Below are positions 1 through 11,135 of a stretch of DNA of 64,000 bases, piece by piece. The first letter of the stretch is position 1. The number at the start of each line of letters is the position of its first letter. Below the pieces are notes generated by a model. The model was given only the letters and a program-made list of their open reading frames with translations, had not been told where the DNA came from and did no database searches. Source of the stretch: Amphiscolops sp. MND2022 (lineage: Eukaryota); NCBI GenBank assembly GCA_964187785.1, contig OZ076412.1, forward strand, positions 23,064,001 to 23,128,000. Direction: 5' to 3'. A program made the position numbers and the translations under genes.

Positions 1-24
1 TCAATACCTGAAGGTGTTTTATAA

Positions 25-1177
25 TTATCGCAACTATTCTCTGGTCAAATTCGTGTTGATTTGTTTAATAATCCTCGTGTTTCAGATAATTCCGCATTCG
101 CAGAAGTCCGTGATCAGTTCGGATCTGGGTTCAGGCTGTATAATCAATTTGCAGTCTTTGTGTACAGCCAGCTTCAAAATATACTCCCTGGCAGCTATTT
201 GGGCGACATATCCAATTGGGAGAAGTATCTGTCCATCGACTTGAATCAACCGGACCTGCCTTACAAGACTGCTCATGAATTCGTTTTTTCATCCTTTGGT
301 GACCACCAGCAAGCTCCCGAGACCTAGTAAGTTCGTGGAAAAAACGATTTCATTTTGTAAATCGTTCTGCAGCATTTTACTCTCCCACGAGATTATCAAG
401 TCTGATCTGATTCGAGGGTTGGCCTGTTTTGATTCCGCGGTGATCCTCCATGGGAGCGAAGGGCACTACTTGACAGCGGTTGAATGCCTCACTACCCATT
501 TCGTCAGTCTTGGATGGATGAGCCCGAGTGAGACAACTAGAGCCATTAGCCAATATCGTTCCCTTGTTTCTAAGTTTCGCGAATCGAATGTTGGTCAAAA
601 GGATGATTGGTTCCAATTTCTGGTGTCTCATTACGAGCTACAGTGTCGTCCCGAATTACATCAGTTGTTTAAACTTTCCAGTTTGTGCTTGCCTCCTCTG
701 ATCCAGATTCCACCCAGTTTTAAAGTGCCAATTCCTGAGTTGGGGAATGACGAGGAAGCCCTTAGTTCATGTGTTGAAAGTATCCAGATTTCATTCAGCA
801 ATGTTCCTAACGTCTCTAGTCTTTACCAGGATCCTCGTTCGGTTCCTGGAGTGTTCCGATTATTGGGAAGGGGGGAAGAGCTTCTTGCTGATTGCAAGTT
901 TTCCATCTGGAACATCTTGAAAGGAAGTGGACCCAAGAGAGCTTCACTATTCGCCAAGTTTGACAATGCTTACAAAAAGGCGGTTGTTGCGCCCGAAGTT
1001 CCATTTCTGGCCGATGATGGAGATGTTACTTGTGGAAGTGGCAATACTACCAGCACTAGTTCTCCTTCTCCTGATTCGAATTTGGGACGAGCTACGATTG
1101 CCTTGGCTCGGTGTGTCGGGGAAGGTGCCAGTACTTCTAAGATGAAAGCCAAAGTCTCCAAGGGCAAAAAGGACTGA
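25..1177 (+). CDS. Antisense ORF downstream of Gypsy pol, unknown function, one frameshift
   Basis: ORFs 61-327 and 275-1177 join through a T6 run at about 283-288 (EFVF/HPLVTTSKL). It converges on the pol stop across a ~190-bp T-rich spacer. Confidence 0.6.
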
Positions 1178-1370
1178 ATCAAACTTTTCAGTTGTTCAAT
1201 TTGAGTTTGTTTGTCTTTTTTTTATAGTTTGTATGTTATTTGTGTGTATTTATCCGTTCCACCAGTTGTTGGTGTACTTATTATTCAGATTTGAGAGAAG
1301 TATACTCAAAAAAGGAAACTGCTAACGGGTTTATACCGTTGAAAAAAGATGATTTCCTGGCTGTGTTTTT

Positions 1371-4300
1371 CTAGTATCTGTAAGAGTCGGAGTATTTTGG
1401 GTTGGGATTAGGTCGTAAATTGTATTTTTCACCACGAGTATTTATGGGTTCTTCTTGCAATGGGGTATTTTCTGAATTTTCTGGGGTTTTGTGGTTTTGC
1501 GTTTCTGGTGTATTTTTTTTGGGGTTTTTTGGGAGATTTCTGATTCTTCATCTTGGATTTCTTGTAGATTTTCATCACAATTTTCTTCTTCGCATTCAGT
1601 GGTCTGTTCCACTGGGCTCCCCCCACTATTTTTTGGAAATTTGGGGGAGGGAGGGTGGTTATTTTTAGGTACTTCAACAGTTACATATTCAATATCACCA
1701 GTAATTTGTGTATAATCTGGAGGGCTTTCCTCAAATGGGTTAGGCCCAAAATTTGTGTTCCATGATTGGGCATATAGGTCATCATGTGTTACTGGCATTT
1801 GATCATCTTTTTGCCAGTCAGATTCTCGTACAAAAATATCGGCTAACGGTGCTTGCGGTGTGAATTTTCTCAACCTGATTCTATGTAAAAGTTGTGTTTT
1901 ATTTGTTCCCAGTCTCCTAACTATATAATTGTTATTAGGAAGGACTTTTTCGACTTTGTAAGGACCCTGCCATCTGAATTCCCGAAACGGTATTTTTGTT
2001 CCTTGTGTGTCAGCTTTCGGGTTTAAAATGTAGCAGTAGTCGGTTGTTTCTAACGGTGATGCTTTTGCTTTTCTGTCATAATAGGCTTTGTATTTGAGAT
2101 AGGATTGCACTATGTTCTTTTTGGTCTGGTCTAAAAGTATTCTCATTCGTCGTTGTATTTCTTCTGCAACGTCAGTTTGGGGTTGATATTTCGGATTAGG
2201 ATTGTATCCTAACTTGTAATCCAGTATGTTGTGAGGGATGCGGCCATGAAAAACTCGTGAAGGCTCGCAACCAAGCGATGCATGATAGGTTGTGTTGTGG
2301 TTTAGTACTGCTAACGGGAGAAATTTATGCCAGTTATGTCGGAATTCTCCAGTTGCTGCTTTGAGTTGGGTTTTGACTGAAGCATGTGTTCTTTCCAGAA
2401 GTCCTATTGTTTGAGCATGTTTCATTGTTGCATGTTTTAGCTCAACACCAAGGACAGCTGTAACTTCATGGGTTACTTGGGCATTGAATTGTGTGCCAAG
2501 ATCTGTGATGATTGTTGTTGGAAGGTATGTATGTTTGCATAATATGTCCATTATCACTCTGGCTACTGATGTTGCAGTGATGCGGGTCACTGGATATGCA
2601 AACAGGTATCGAGAGAAAACATCGATCGCTGTTATTATATGGTCGTATCCACCGCTGGGTGGTAGATTTGGTAGAATGTCCATTTGAAGAATGTCTTCAG
2701 GGCCGAGATCCCATTCTGGGCATTTAAGTAGTTCGGTCCTGAGGAGGTCATTATTGATCCTTTTGGTTTGTATGCAGATTTGGCAATTACTCACCCATTT
2801 TTTAATGTATTTTGCAATACAAGGGTAGTAGTATTTGTGCCTTACTTCTTGTATCATCTTTGTGATACCCGGATGGTTTGAGTTGTGACCGTGTAAGGCT
2901 TGAAGTAGTTCTTCTAGGAGTTGTGTTGGTAACAAAATCTGATAGTGCGAAGTGGTTCCTGTGTCTGTGTAGTACCTTCTCGTTAGAACCTCTTGCTTGA
3001 TTTCGATTCTGGTTATGTTTTGGAGGTAATGTTGATATCTGTAATCAGATGCCAAGTCGTTTTCATCAAAGGGGTTTCCTTCTATTTTAGCTCTGAGGTT
3101 CCTAAGGACAATGTCATTGTTTTGTTCGAGTCTGATTCTGCCATTGTCTCGGAAATGCCCTTCAGAGCATGTGTTTAAGCCTGATGTCGGTTTGTGAAAC
3201 TGTTGAAGTTCAGTAACATTGTTTTCTGAATCATTGTGAGTTTCAGTTTGAGCTTGAATTCTCACGTTTTGTTTTTCTTCCCAAAGTTTGTTTTCATCAA
3301 AATCATCATCGGGGAGGATGTAGATTTGTTTTTCTTCCACAATGCCAAAAGATTGTATATTGACTTCTATTGCTTTGGTTTGGATATCGTTTCTTATGCT
3401 CATTTCAAGTTTTTCAACTGGGTTGACTTCCGTTCTGGATAGGAAATCCGCCGCCGTATTAATTGAACCAGCAACATGGGCAATGACAAAATTGTATTGT
3501 AGGACATAATCGCATGCGTTCCAAAGTGCCGGAGGAATGAGTTTTGCTTGAAAAAAGCGGGTTACAGATCTGTTGTCGGTGAACACTATGACTGGGAAAG
3601 TGCTTCCCCACATAAGGTGACCGAATTCAACAAAAGCAAAGTATATGGATAGGAATTCTTTCGCATAGATCGACAATTTTGTTTGTGTTGGGTTGAAGGT
3701 TTTCGAACCAAATGCTATGGGTGCATATGTTTTGCGTTTTGACTGGAGTTTTTGGCTGGGATCATCTTCTATCATGATAGCATATCCTGCTGCTGTAAAG
3801 CTTGCATCAGACATGACTATGAGTTGTTTGTCTTTGAGGGGTTGTCTCAAAGCTAATAGGCAAGAATTTTCGAGAAGTTTGTTTAGGTTGGTGAAGTCCT
3901 CCACCAAGTTCGTGGGTACATAGAATTTGGAGGTTTCTTTGAGGAGTTTGAAAAATGGAGAGAGACGTTCAGAGAGTCTCGGGATGTAATTGCGGTAATA
4001 GTTTAGAAATCCTATGTACCTTTGGAGTGCTTTTTTGGATTTGGGGAATCTCAATTTCGCCAGGAAATCTTTGACTTTGTCAGCTTGAGGGGCTATGCCA
4101 ACAGGTGTGATTGTGCGGCCTAGAAAGTCTACTTGTTTGACTCCGAAATGACATTTGGACATTGTGAGTTTTAGACAAGCATTTCGGATACATTCAAAGA
4201 CCGTCCTGATGTTAGCGCATAACTGTTTTAAGTCATTTGCTGCTATACCAATGTCATCGACGTACTGTGCACATTGGTCAGTCTTGATCGCCTTGTCAAG

Positions 4301-6242
4301 GTACTCCCTCATGAAGCTAGAAAAAGCCGAGAGAGATCTGCTAAGGCCTTGAGCGAGTCGGCGATAAGCGAAGTTTCGGCTTGCAAAGTTGAAGGCAAGC
4401 ATTTGAATAGATTGGTAGTCTGCCATTTGAAGGCAGTGGTAAGTTTGGGAGCAATCTAATTTGCAGAAAAGTTTCTTGCCTGCTATGTGTTGTGCTGCAT
4501 CCGACAGCGTGCTTACCGGGTGGTTATTGTTGATGTAGTTTTCAGTGATTAAATTGTTGATTTTCCTGAGATCCACAAGTAGTCTGAGGCGTCCGTTTGG
4601 TTTGCGTTGTGCAAAGATTGGACTAGCGTATTTTGAAAAAGGTAGGGTTGTTGTGATTCCATATTTGTGTAGAAGTGCTAGTTCTACGGTAATGTCATCT
4701 TTGAGGTTGATTGGTGTTGGCAAACTTTGACTGTAGGCTGGTCGATCATCGTTTGGAGTGAGTTTAACCTTGAATTCACGATTGGTGCCAATGTCGAATC
4801 GGTGTCTGGCGAAAATATCGTGAAATTCAATGAGGATTTCTTCAATTTGTTTCTGTTCTTCTTGGCTGAGCGTTGTGTTAGTCCAGTCGAAATTCGAGAG
4901 GAAAGCTTTTCTTGATTTTGCATCGTCTTGTGGGTTGAGTTGTTCAAGTTCTTTGAGCTCAAGGAGTTCATTGTATATTCGTTGTTGGATTGGGGTATAC
5001 GTTGTAGGATCCCCTGGTTCTTCTGGTGTTGGGAACCAATAAGATGCTTGTTCGGGGTTTTGTGAAGGAACTTTCAGTAGTTCATTTATGTAGATCTCGG
5101 TTGTTTCCTCATGTTGTATCATGAATGACAACATCGCTGGATCTACAGGTTGTATATGTTTGATTTGTTCTGGTGTGAGGATTTTGAAGTCTGCTAGATG
5201 GGTGTCACAGACTATTGTATATGGAAGTTCTGAAAAGTTGATTACTTGGTACCCGATAGCATTATTGTTGACCGTACTAAGTGACGATGTGATAAAAATG
5301 CTGTCGTGGCTTTCGAATTGTGGTGAAGGTGTGACTATTCCTGTTGCATCGTGGTCTAACAGGTGGGGCATTCTGCTTGCTATGGCGAGGGTTTCGCCTG
5401 GTTGGAAGGTGTATGTATTTTCAGCAAACAATGGTGTTGCTTGACGCATAGTTACTTGTGGGTCTGGTTTTAATTGCATTGAGAGGTATGGAAAAGTTAG
5501 GATGCCTTGTGTGACATCAAAAACTGCATTGTTTCTGCGAAGGAAGCAGACACCAATGAGTGGGTTTGGTAGGTTTTTCATGAGGATGAAGTTTTCTCGT
5601 AACATGAAATCAGCCACTTCGAATTCAAGTAGTACTGTGCCGATTGGTACTTCTAGTTGACCATTGGCCACCATAATTTGGAAATTTGGCGGTGGGCCAG
5701 TATCTTTTATTGCTTCATTTGCAGTTAATTTGATTTTGTTAAGGTCTTGTTCGGAGATTGCACTAGTCAGGGCTCCTGTGTCAATGATTCCGTCAAGTGT
5801 GAGTTTTTCGAAGTCCATTGGCATGTAGTACATGTGACGTTTTTGTTTCAATGTTAGCGAGGTTGACATAGGTTTGACAGGTTACGTTCCTGGTCAAACT
5901 GGATGTGGTTTGTGATATCTTCATCTAAAAGGGGTTGTTTTTGTTCATTGCAAGAGAAAGTACTCGGGTGATGAATATCTGGTGAATTGTCTGTAGGTAC
6001 AGGGGAGGTTTCAGTATTGTCTGAAAAATACTTGTCAGGAGCATCTCTCATGAGTTCATAGTATGATTCCTGTGGGGGTTCATCGTTGTCAGGTTGATTG
6101 TGTGTTTGAGGTGTGTAGTCTGGTTCTGTAGTCAGTTGTTTAAGTTGTATGTTTGTTGTATCCACTTGACGCTGCCAGTCGTCTTGTGGTTTTGTAGTTG
6201 TTATTTGGGCGTTTTCTTTGCTAAGGCGTGGCGTTTTTAGTG
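1371..6242 (-). CDS. pol: Gypsy Pol polyprotein (protease, RT, RNase H, integrase), frameshifted near both ends
   Basis: Main ORF 1442-5869 has DTGA protease, YVDD RT, RNase H (DAS...KE...TDN...ADFLSR), HHCC zinc finger, DDE core and GPY motif. The N-terminal piece (5854-6242) is in the -1 frame of gag. The natural C-terminus KYNLRPNPNPKYSDSYRY* (stop 1371-1373) is in another frame after homopolymer runs near 1510-1530. Confidence 0.93.
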
Positions 6243-7928
6243 TAAATCCTTGGAAGAGGATTGCTGAGGTTGTTCTATTTTTGGTTTTATAGGTTTTCTA
6301 GCTTGTTTGTAAGCTTCGATAACCTTCTTTTGGGCTTCTGTGAAGTTCCACTTCGGTGGTCGGTTGTCCATGTTGGCGCCGAAGTAGCAGTTTTCTTCCT
6401 CATGACCTGGTGTATTGCAGTTTTGGCATTTTTCTGCGTCCGGATCCTCTTCAAGTTTACGCCGTTTTGCTAGCTTGGGGCAGTCAGCCATCATATGACC
6501 CGTCTCCTTGCAGTACCGGCATTGGTCGTTTTTAAGTGTCTTGTTAGGTACTGTTTTTGGAGTCTGAGCTTTAGACTTCTCATTTTGTTTTTTAGTTGGT
6601 TTTTCAGCATTTTGTTCTTTTTTGGTGACGGTCATTAGGGTCTTGACCGAGGTTTCGTCTGCTTCCAAACCATTTAGCTCCATCTCCCTCTCGAGGTGTT
6701 TAACGATCTTGTCGTATGTGCCGTTCTCGAGATAGGCTTGGTTGATGGACTTTTTAAGGTGAGGGGTTATCTTTGCATAGAGTAGGTTCTCTATCATCTG
6801 GTGTCCGTTATCTCCGAAAGCTTTTTCAGCACTTTCTTGGAGTTCTTCAAGGAAATCCGGTAGTTTTTGGTTTTCGGGATCAAAGAAAAGTCTTTTGAAT
6901 CGGTGCTTTGCTGAGGCACTGGATTCTGGTTTCACGTATTTTCTGCGAAAGACTTTTAGAATGTCTTCCAGTGTGGTAGATGGCGTTCTTTTTAAGTTTT
7001 TGAATGTTTTCAATGCCAAACCTCTGAGGTGTGCGTGAAAGTGGTTAATTTTCATTTCCTCTGTTAGATTCGGCTGCATGCGAAGTGTTGTATGAAACAG
7101 GTCTTCAAAGTATTCAAATTTCTCGTTTTTCTCGTTTTTTCCATTGAATGTCAGTGTGTTTTTTGGGTGAAAAAGTGATTGTTGTGAGTTTTTATTGGCC
7201 AGTTTCTCGATTGCTTGTGCAATTTGATTAACTGGGTCAAGGGGTTTATTTGTCAATGTTGACGTTGTTTGATCTGCGTGGGATCCAACTGTATCATTTA
7301 AAGACTGAGGATTTTGGGAGCTTTGTCTATGGAGTTGTCTGTTGGCTCCTGTCACCATGTGGTAATCCTCCTCCTCGGAGTCTCCTTTTGACATTATTGT
7401 TTCGTCTAGGTTCGGTTCATTTTGACAAAGTGGTCTAGCAGGATTCCTTAATTCTCTCATATCAGAGGCTCTGAGGGGATGATCATCCTCGTTTTCAATA
7501 TCTGAGTTTTCTATATTTGATGCGTGAACTCCATTAGACCGAATATTTTTGGATCCCGAAGGTTGTAAATTGTGGATTCCATTTGGTTCAGACCTAGGTT
7601 TTGTTATTGTTGATGCTGTTTTACTTGTTCTTATTTCTTTCAAAATTGCATCAAACTTGTTCTCCATCTCTTCTCTCATTTTCACTATCCTGTCATTGTT
7701 CTTTTGTTCGAAGTTTTCTGGCCAAACTTGGATTTCGTTACTGATCTGACTAGGTTCTATCAGACTAGATCTGTTTTCGTTTTCACCTAAAGGTTCCTGA
7801 ATAACAGTACTAACATTAGTTAAAGTTTCATTACCTTGCATTGGCGTTTCTACTTGTGTTTCACTCAATTCTCGCTCAGGTGAAGGTGTTTCATGTCTTC
7901 TAGATCTTCTGTTTCTCTTATTTCCCAT
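6237..7928 (-). CDS. gag: Gypsy Gag with two CCHC zinc knuckles
   Basis: Open ORF with first ATG at 7928. Capsid-like region (FEYFEDLFHTTLRMQP...HLRGLA) and knuckles CRYCKETGHMMADC and CQNCNTPGHEEENC. Confidence 0.92.
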   Translation of the reverse strand: MGNKRNRRSRRHETPSPERELSETQVETPMQGNETLTNVSTVIQEPLGENENRSSLIEPSQISNEIQVWPENFEQKNNDRIVKMREEMENKFDAILKEIRTSKTASTITKPRSEPNGIHNLQPSGSKNIRSNGVHASNIENSDIENEDDHPLRASDMRELRNPARPLCQNEPNLDETIMSKGDSEEEDYHMVTGANRQLHRQSSQNPQSLNDTVGSHADQTTSTLTNKPLDPVNQIAQAIEKLANKNSQQSLFHPKNTLTFNGKNEKNEKFEYFEDLFHTTLRMQPNLTEEMKINHFHAHLRGLALKTFKNLKRTPSTTLEDILKVFRRKYVKPESSASAKHRFKRLFFDPENQKLPDFLEELQESAEKAFGDNGHQMIENLLYAKITPHLKKSINQAYLENGTYDKIVKHLEREMELNGLEADETSVKTLMTVTKKEQNAEKPTKKQNEKSKAQTPKTVPNKTLKNDQCRYCKETGHMMADCPKLAKRRKLEEDPDAEKCQNCNTPGHEEENCYFGANMDNRPPKWNFTEAQKKVIEAYKQARKPIKPKIEQPQQSSSKDLH

Positions 7929-8319
7929 TGTTCTCAAGTGAAAAACGTGTTGGGTTTGCTGGGGAAGAATTTGAATTCAGCTGAGAATTTCAACAACGCA
8001 AATTGGAAAATGAGACAACTGTTGGTTATAAGAAACTGCTTTTACAGTGGTTTGGAGTGTGGGTTTTATCAACTGTTTTCAACGAGAGTTATTTCAAAGA
8101 ATGAATGGGATCTAAGGTCCTGAGCACAAGGAAAAAATGGTGGGGATTACACCCGTTTTTATGGGTGTCATGGTCTTCATATTCTATAAAAAGGATTACA
8201 TCATGTGTCGTAATTCTATTTATAACTCCAAATTAACATTGCATGACAAGCAGAAACAAGTATTGTACAGCTACGACAAAAACCCTGGAAAACTGCATAA
8301 TGACGTATATACGGTCTCA

Positions 8320-8555
8320 AATTTCCGCATATCAACGAATAATCACAATATAATAGTAGTAAAGCACCGCATGATGAAAAACGCGGAAAACCGCATATTG
8401 ACGCATAAGCGCCGGCGATTTTCCGCATAGTGACGTGCAAATATCACCGTGACAACATGTCAGGGAAATTACTGTTTTCCGCATGGTGCCGCATAAGCGG
8501 TGGTTAAAATCCGCATATTACAGTATATGCGTCAGAAATTTTCCGCATAATGGTG
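8320..8555. repeat. Cluster of CCGCAT motifs, probably subterminal repeats of a non-autonomous DNA transposon
   Basis: About 8 copies of CCGCAT within ~230 bp. Confidence 0.5.
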
Positions 8556-9351
8556 CATAATTATTAATCACAAACAGCATGATGAAGTGTATTCATTTTC
8601 ACATTTTCGTACTGTGGCACATACTCATTGATTTAAAAGGTCCACGTTTAGATTAATCATTGCTTCCATTCAGAAATTGTGGCCTAAATTCAACTAAACA
8701 TCTCAATATTTCGAGCAATAATTAGGGTGAAAAGTTAAGAAAACTTGGTCAACATGTCTTAATTCGCATCTGGCTTCCACAATTCCACCAAAGAAACTAT
8801 AAAATAAATATTTACATGACTTAATTCGTCGGTTAAGGTAAACAACGAGACAATAAAAGCAAAGAAATAAAAGGGGGGAGGAGGCAGTTTATTGAGTTTC
8901 ATCAAATTGAGTTTGTCTTTCAGGCTGCTTCTTTGTTTTCCTTTTACTCTTGCAGAACAGGTCCAGAATACCCATGAGGCTGCGACAGCATTGTTACTAC
9001 TATCATAAATTATCATACAAAGCAAACTCCGAATCAAGTTATTGCAACTTGCGGGTTTGCGATATCGGTGTGAAAACCAACTTTTCTAGCTATGATTTGT
9101 TTACAATTATGCAAATCATGCTATTACCGTATCTATTGAGGTAACGGGTTCTAATTACTGAAGTTCGAGAATTACTAATTACTGAATGCAAAAATTGTCG
9201 GAGCAAAAACATTTTTCCTTGAATGTCTTGAGTGTCAGTTTTTTTCTGTTTAACCCTATACCTGTCCGTTTTTGGTCCGAATAAATTTTTAGATACTAGT
9301 TACAATTTGAAAATAAGAGCTCTGAATTTTCTAAAAGTTTCGCTAATGGTA

Positions 9352-9453
9352 CCATGGAACCCTTGCCAAGATCATGGTTAATCATGGTTAGCCTTTGCAC
9401 GATCTTGCATGGCCATGATCTTGGCAAGGGTACCATGGCTTCGAACACTGGGA
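9352..9453. repeat. Hairpin MITE fragment
   Basis: CCATGGAACCCTTGCCAAGATCATGG (9352-9377) pairs with CCATGATCTTGGCAAGGGGTACCATGG (9413-9439). Confidence 0.6.
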
Positions 9454-9760
9454 AATGTGGTCGAAATCAACGAGTATACAATGCACAGATTGGATACTCT
9501 ACCAGTTACCAGTCATGCACTTCATCAAACGGGAAACGATAATAGCATGATTCATCGTCCACTAGAGCCACAAGGCATTGAGCAAAACGTCTACATAGAT
9601 GACATTGCAGCGTCTGTTGCAACCCCGAAAGTTGTATCAGCAATTGAAACAGTCTTTCCGCAATGAAGGATTCAGTGTAACCAAATGATTGAGCAACAGC
9701 GCTAATGTGACGGAGTGTTTTCATTAAGCTGACAGCATAAAGAAGACAGTCAAACTGTTT
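9454..9760 (+). mobile_element. BEL/Pao RT remnant
   Basis: ...IEQNVYIDDIAASVATP... followed by EGFSVTK*LSNS, matching the Pao YVDD...GF.L.KW.SN pattern. Confidence 0.7.
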
Positions 9761-10261
9761 GAACATGAACCAAACGCTACATACAGGGCCTTCAGTAGAA
9801 CATGAAGAGTTCGCTCCAAAATTCGTCGTAACCCAATAAAAAGAGTCCATGTTAAGATAACACCTGTTGTTTTGCCTGTTGTAGCGTCTGTTTTTTCTGT
9901 TTTCTTATGCCCGTGGATCTTTGTCTCTTTTCACAAAGCACATTCTGTTGGGAACGATTTTGTCGAAAAGTTTTTGAATCGAGGATGAAGAGATCCCAAA
10001 GGACAACAGAGCGTATTTTGAAGATTTGGTAGAAAATTGCAACACCCGACAAACAAAAAATTGATAGATGGTAATGTCACAGCCCGCCCCCGGCTTTTAT
10101 CGCTTTGAATGCGATGACAATTAAATTTGCTTTCATGAACTAATTAGAATGATTTTTGTGACGTCATCAATACGTTGTTATTTGGAATGATTTTTCTGAC
10201 GCCATTAGCACGAGAATTGGAATGATTTTTAAGTTGCGTAATACCTCCGTAAACCACCGCT

Positions 10262-10452
10262 CAGCTATGCCTAATCTTAATACGTACGGAGCAGTTACGG
10301 TGCAAATTACAGCTATGTCTAATCTTAATACGTACGGGGCAGTTACGGAGCAAATTACAGCTATGCTTATTCCTAATACGTACGGAGCAGTTACGGAGCA
10401 AATTACAGATATGTCTAATCTGAATACGTACGGAGCAACTACCGAGCGAATT
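10262..10452. repeat. 48-bp minisatellite, 4 copies
   Basis: Unit CAGCTATGCCTAATCTTAATACGTACGGAGCAGTTACGGTGCAAATTA starting at 10262, 10310, 10358 and 10406. Confidence 0.9.
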
Positions 10453-11135
10453 GTAAGATTTTAGTTACAAAATTAGGGAATTGAACACAATTCAGTAGGA
10501 AATTTCCACAGGAATTGACAAATTGCAAAGGTTTTGTGAATAGAATGCAACGTAAGGAAAACGTCAAATGAATGGGTGCTTCCTTTTAGTTGAACTTCAT
10601 ACCAGTGTTTTCAGTGAGTGTTCTGCATTATAATATTGAATCGAAATTGTCAATCGTAGTGATAACGTGTTTATGTTATCAACTGATGTTCTGATTAGCA
10701 TTTTTCAAAGTATGGAATTTGTTGTCCAAAAAGTTTCCGTTGTTTTAGTGTTTATGTGCTTGTATGTTTATCGTAGATATATTTACGTCGTTTTATGTTC
10801 GTGCTAATAATAATGGCAATTACTTGAATTTGTTGTTCCGGTATCATTTGTTCCTTTTCATCAGTATTCGGATGTTACCGCTCTCAAAATTATTTACTCC
10901 GTCTCAGTTACGTCGTCATTTTTGCTAGTCATACTTTTGTCTTGAGCACTTGAATTCCCAACTTGGAAATTGACAAATTGATCACGCCGGCGTGCCTCCG
11001 TCGATGAAAACATCAACCAGGCTCTCATTTTGCCGCCATTTTGACGCTGAAACAGGAAGTGTATTGTTTGAACAAAAATGATTTCAACAAATGTTACGGA
11101 AGGGCGACGCAACTAGGAATTTCGATACCTGATTT

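Larger units (their letters stand above)
1..8151 (-). mobile_element. Ty3/Gypsy LTR retrotransposon, 3' end outside the window, slightly decayed
   Basis: gag followed by pol in PR-RT-RH-IN order. Putative 5' end TGTAATCCCC at 8151 on the minus strand is unconfirmed because the second LTR is not in the window. Confidence 0.92.

Noticed and set aside
1402-5444. Many short plus-strand ORFs opposite Gypsy pol
   Set aside because: Shadow frames of the long minus-strand ORF with no independent signal, unlike the antisense ORF at 25-1177, which does not overlap pol.
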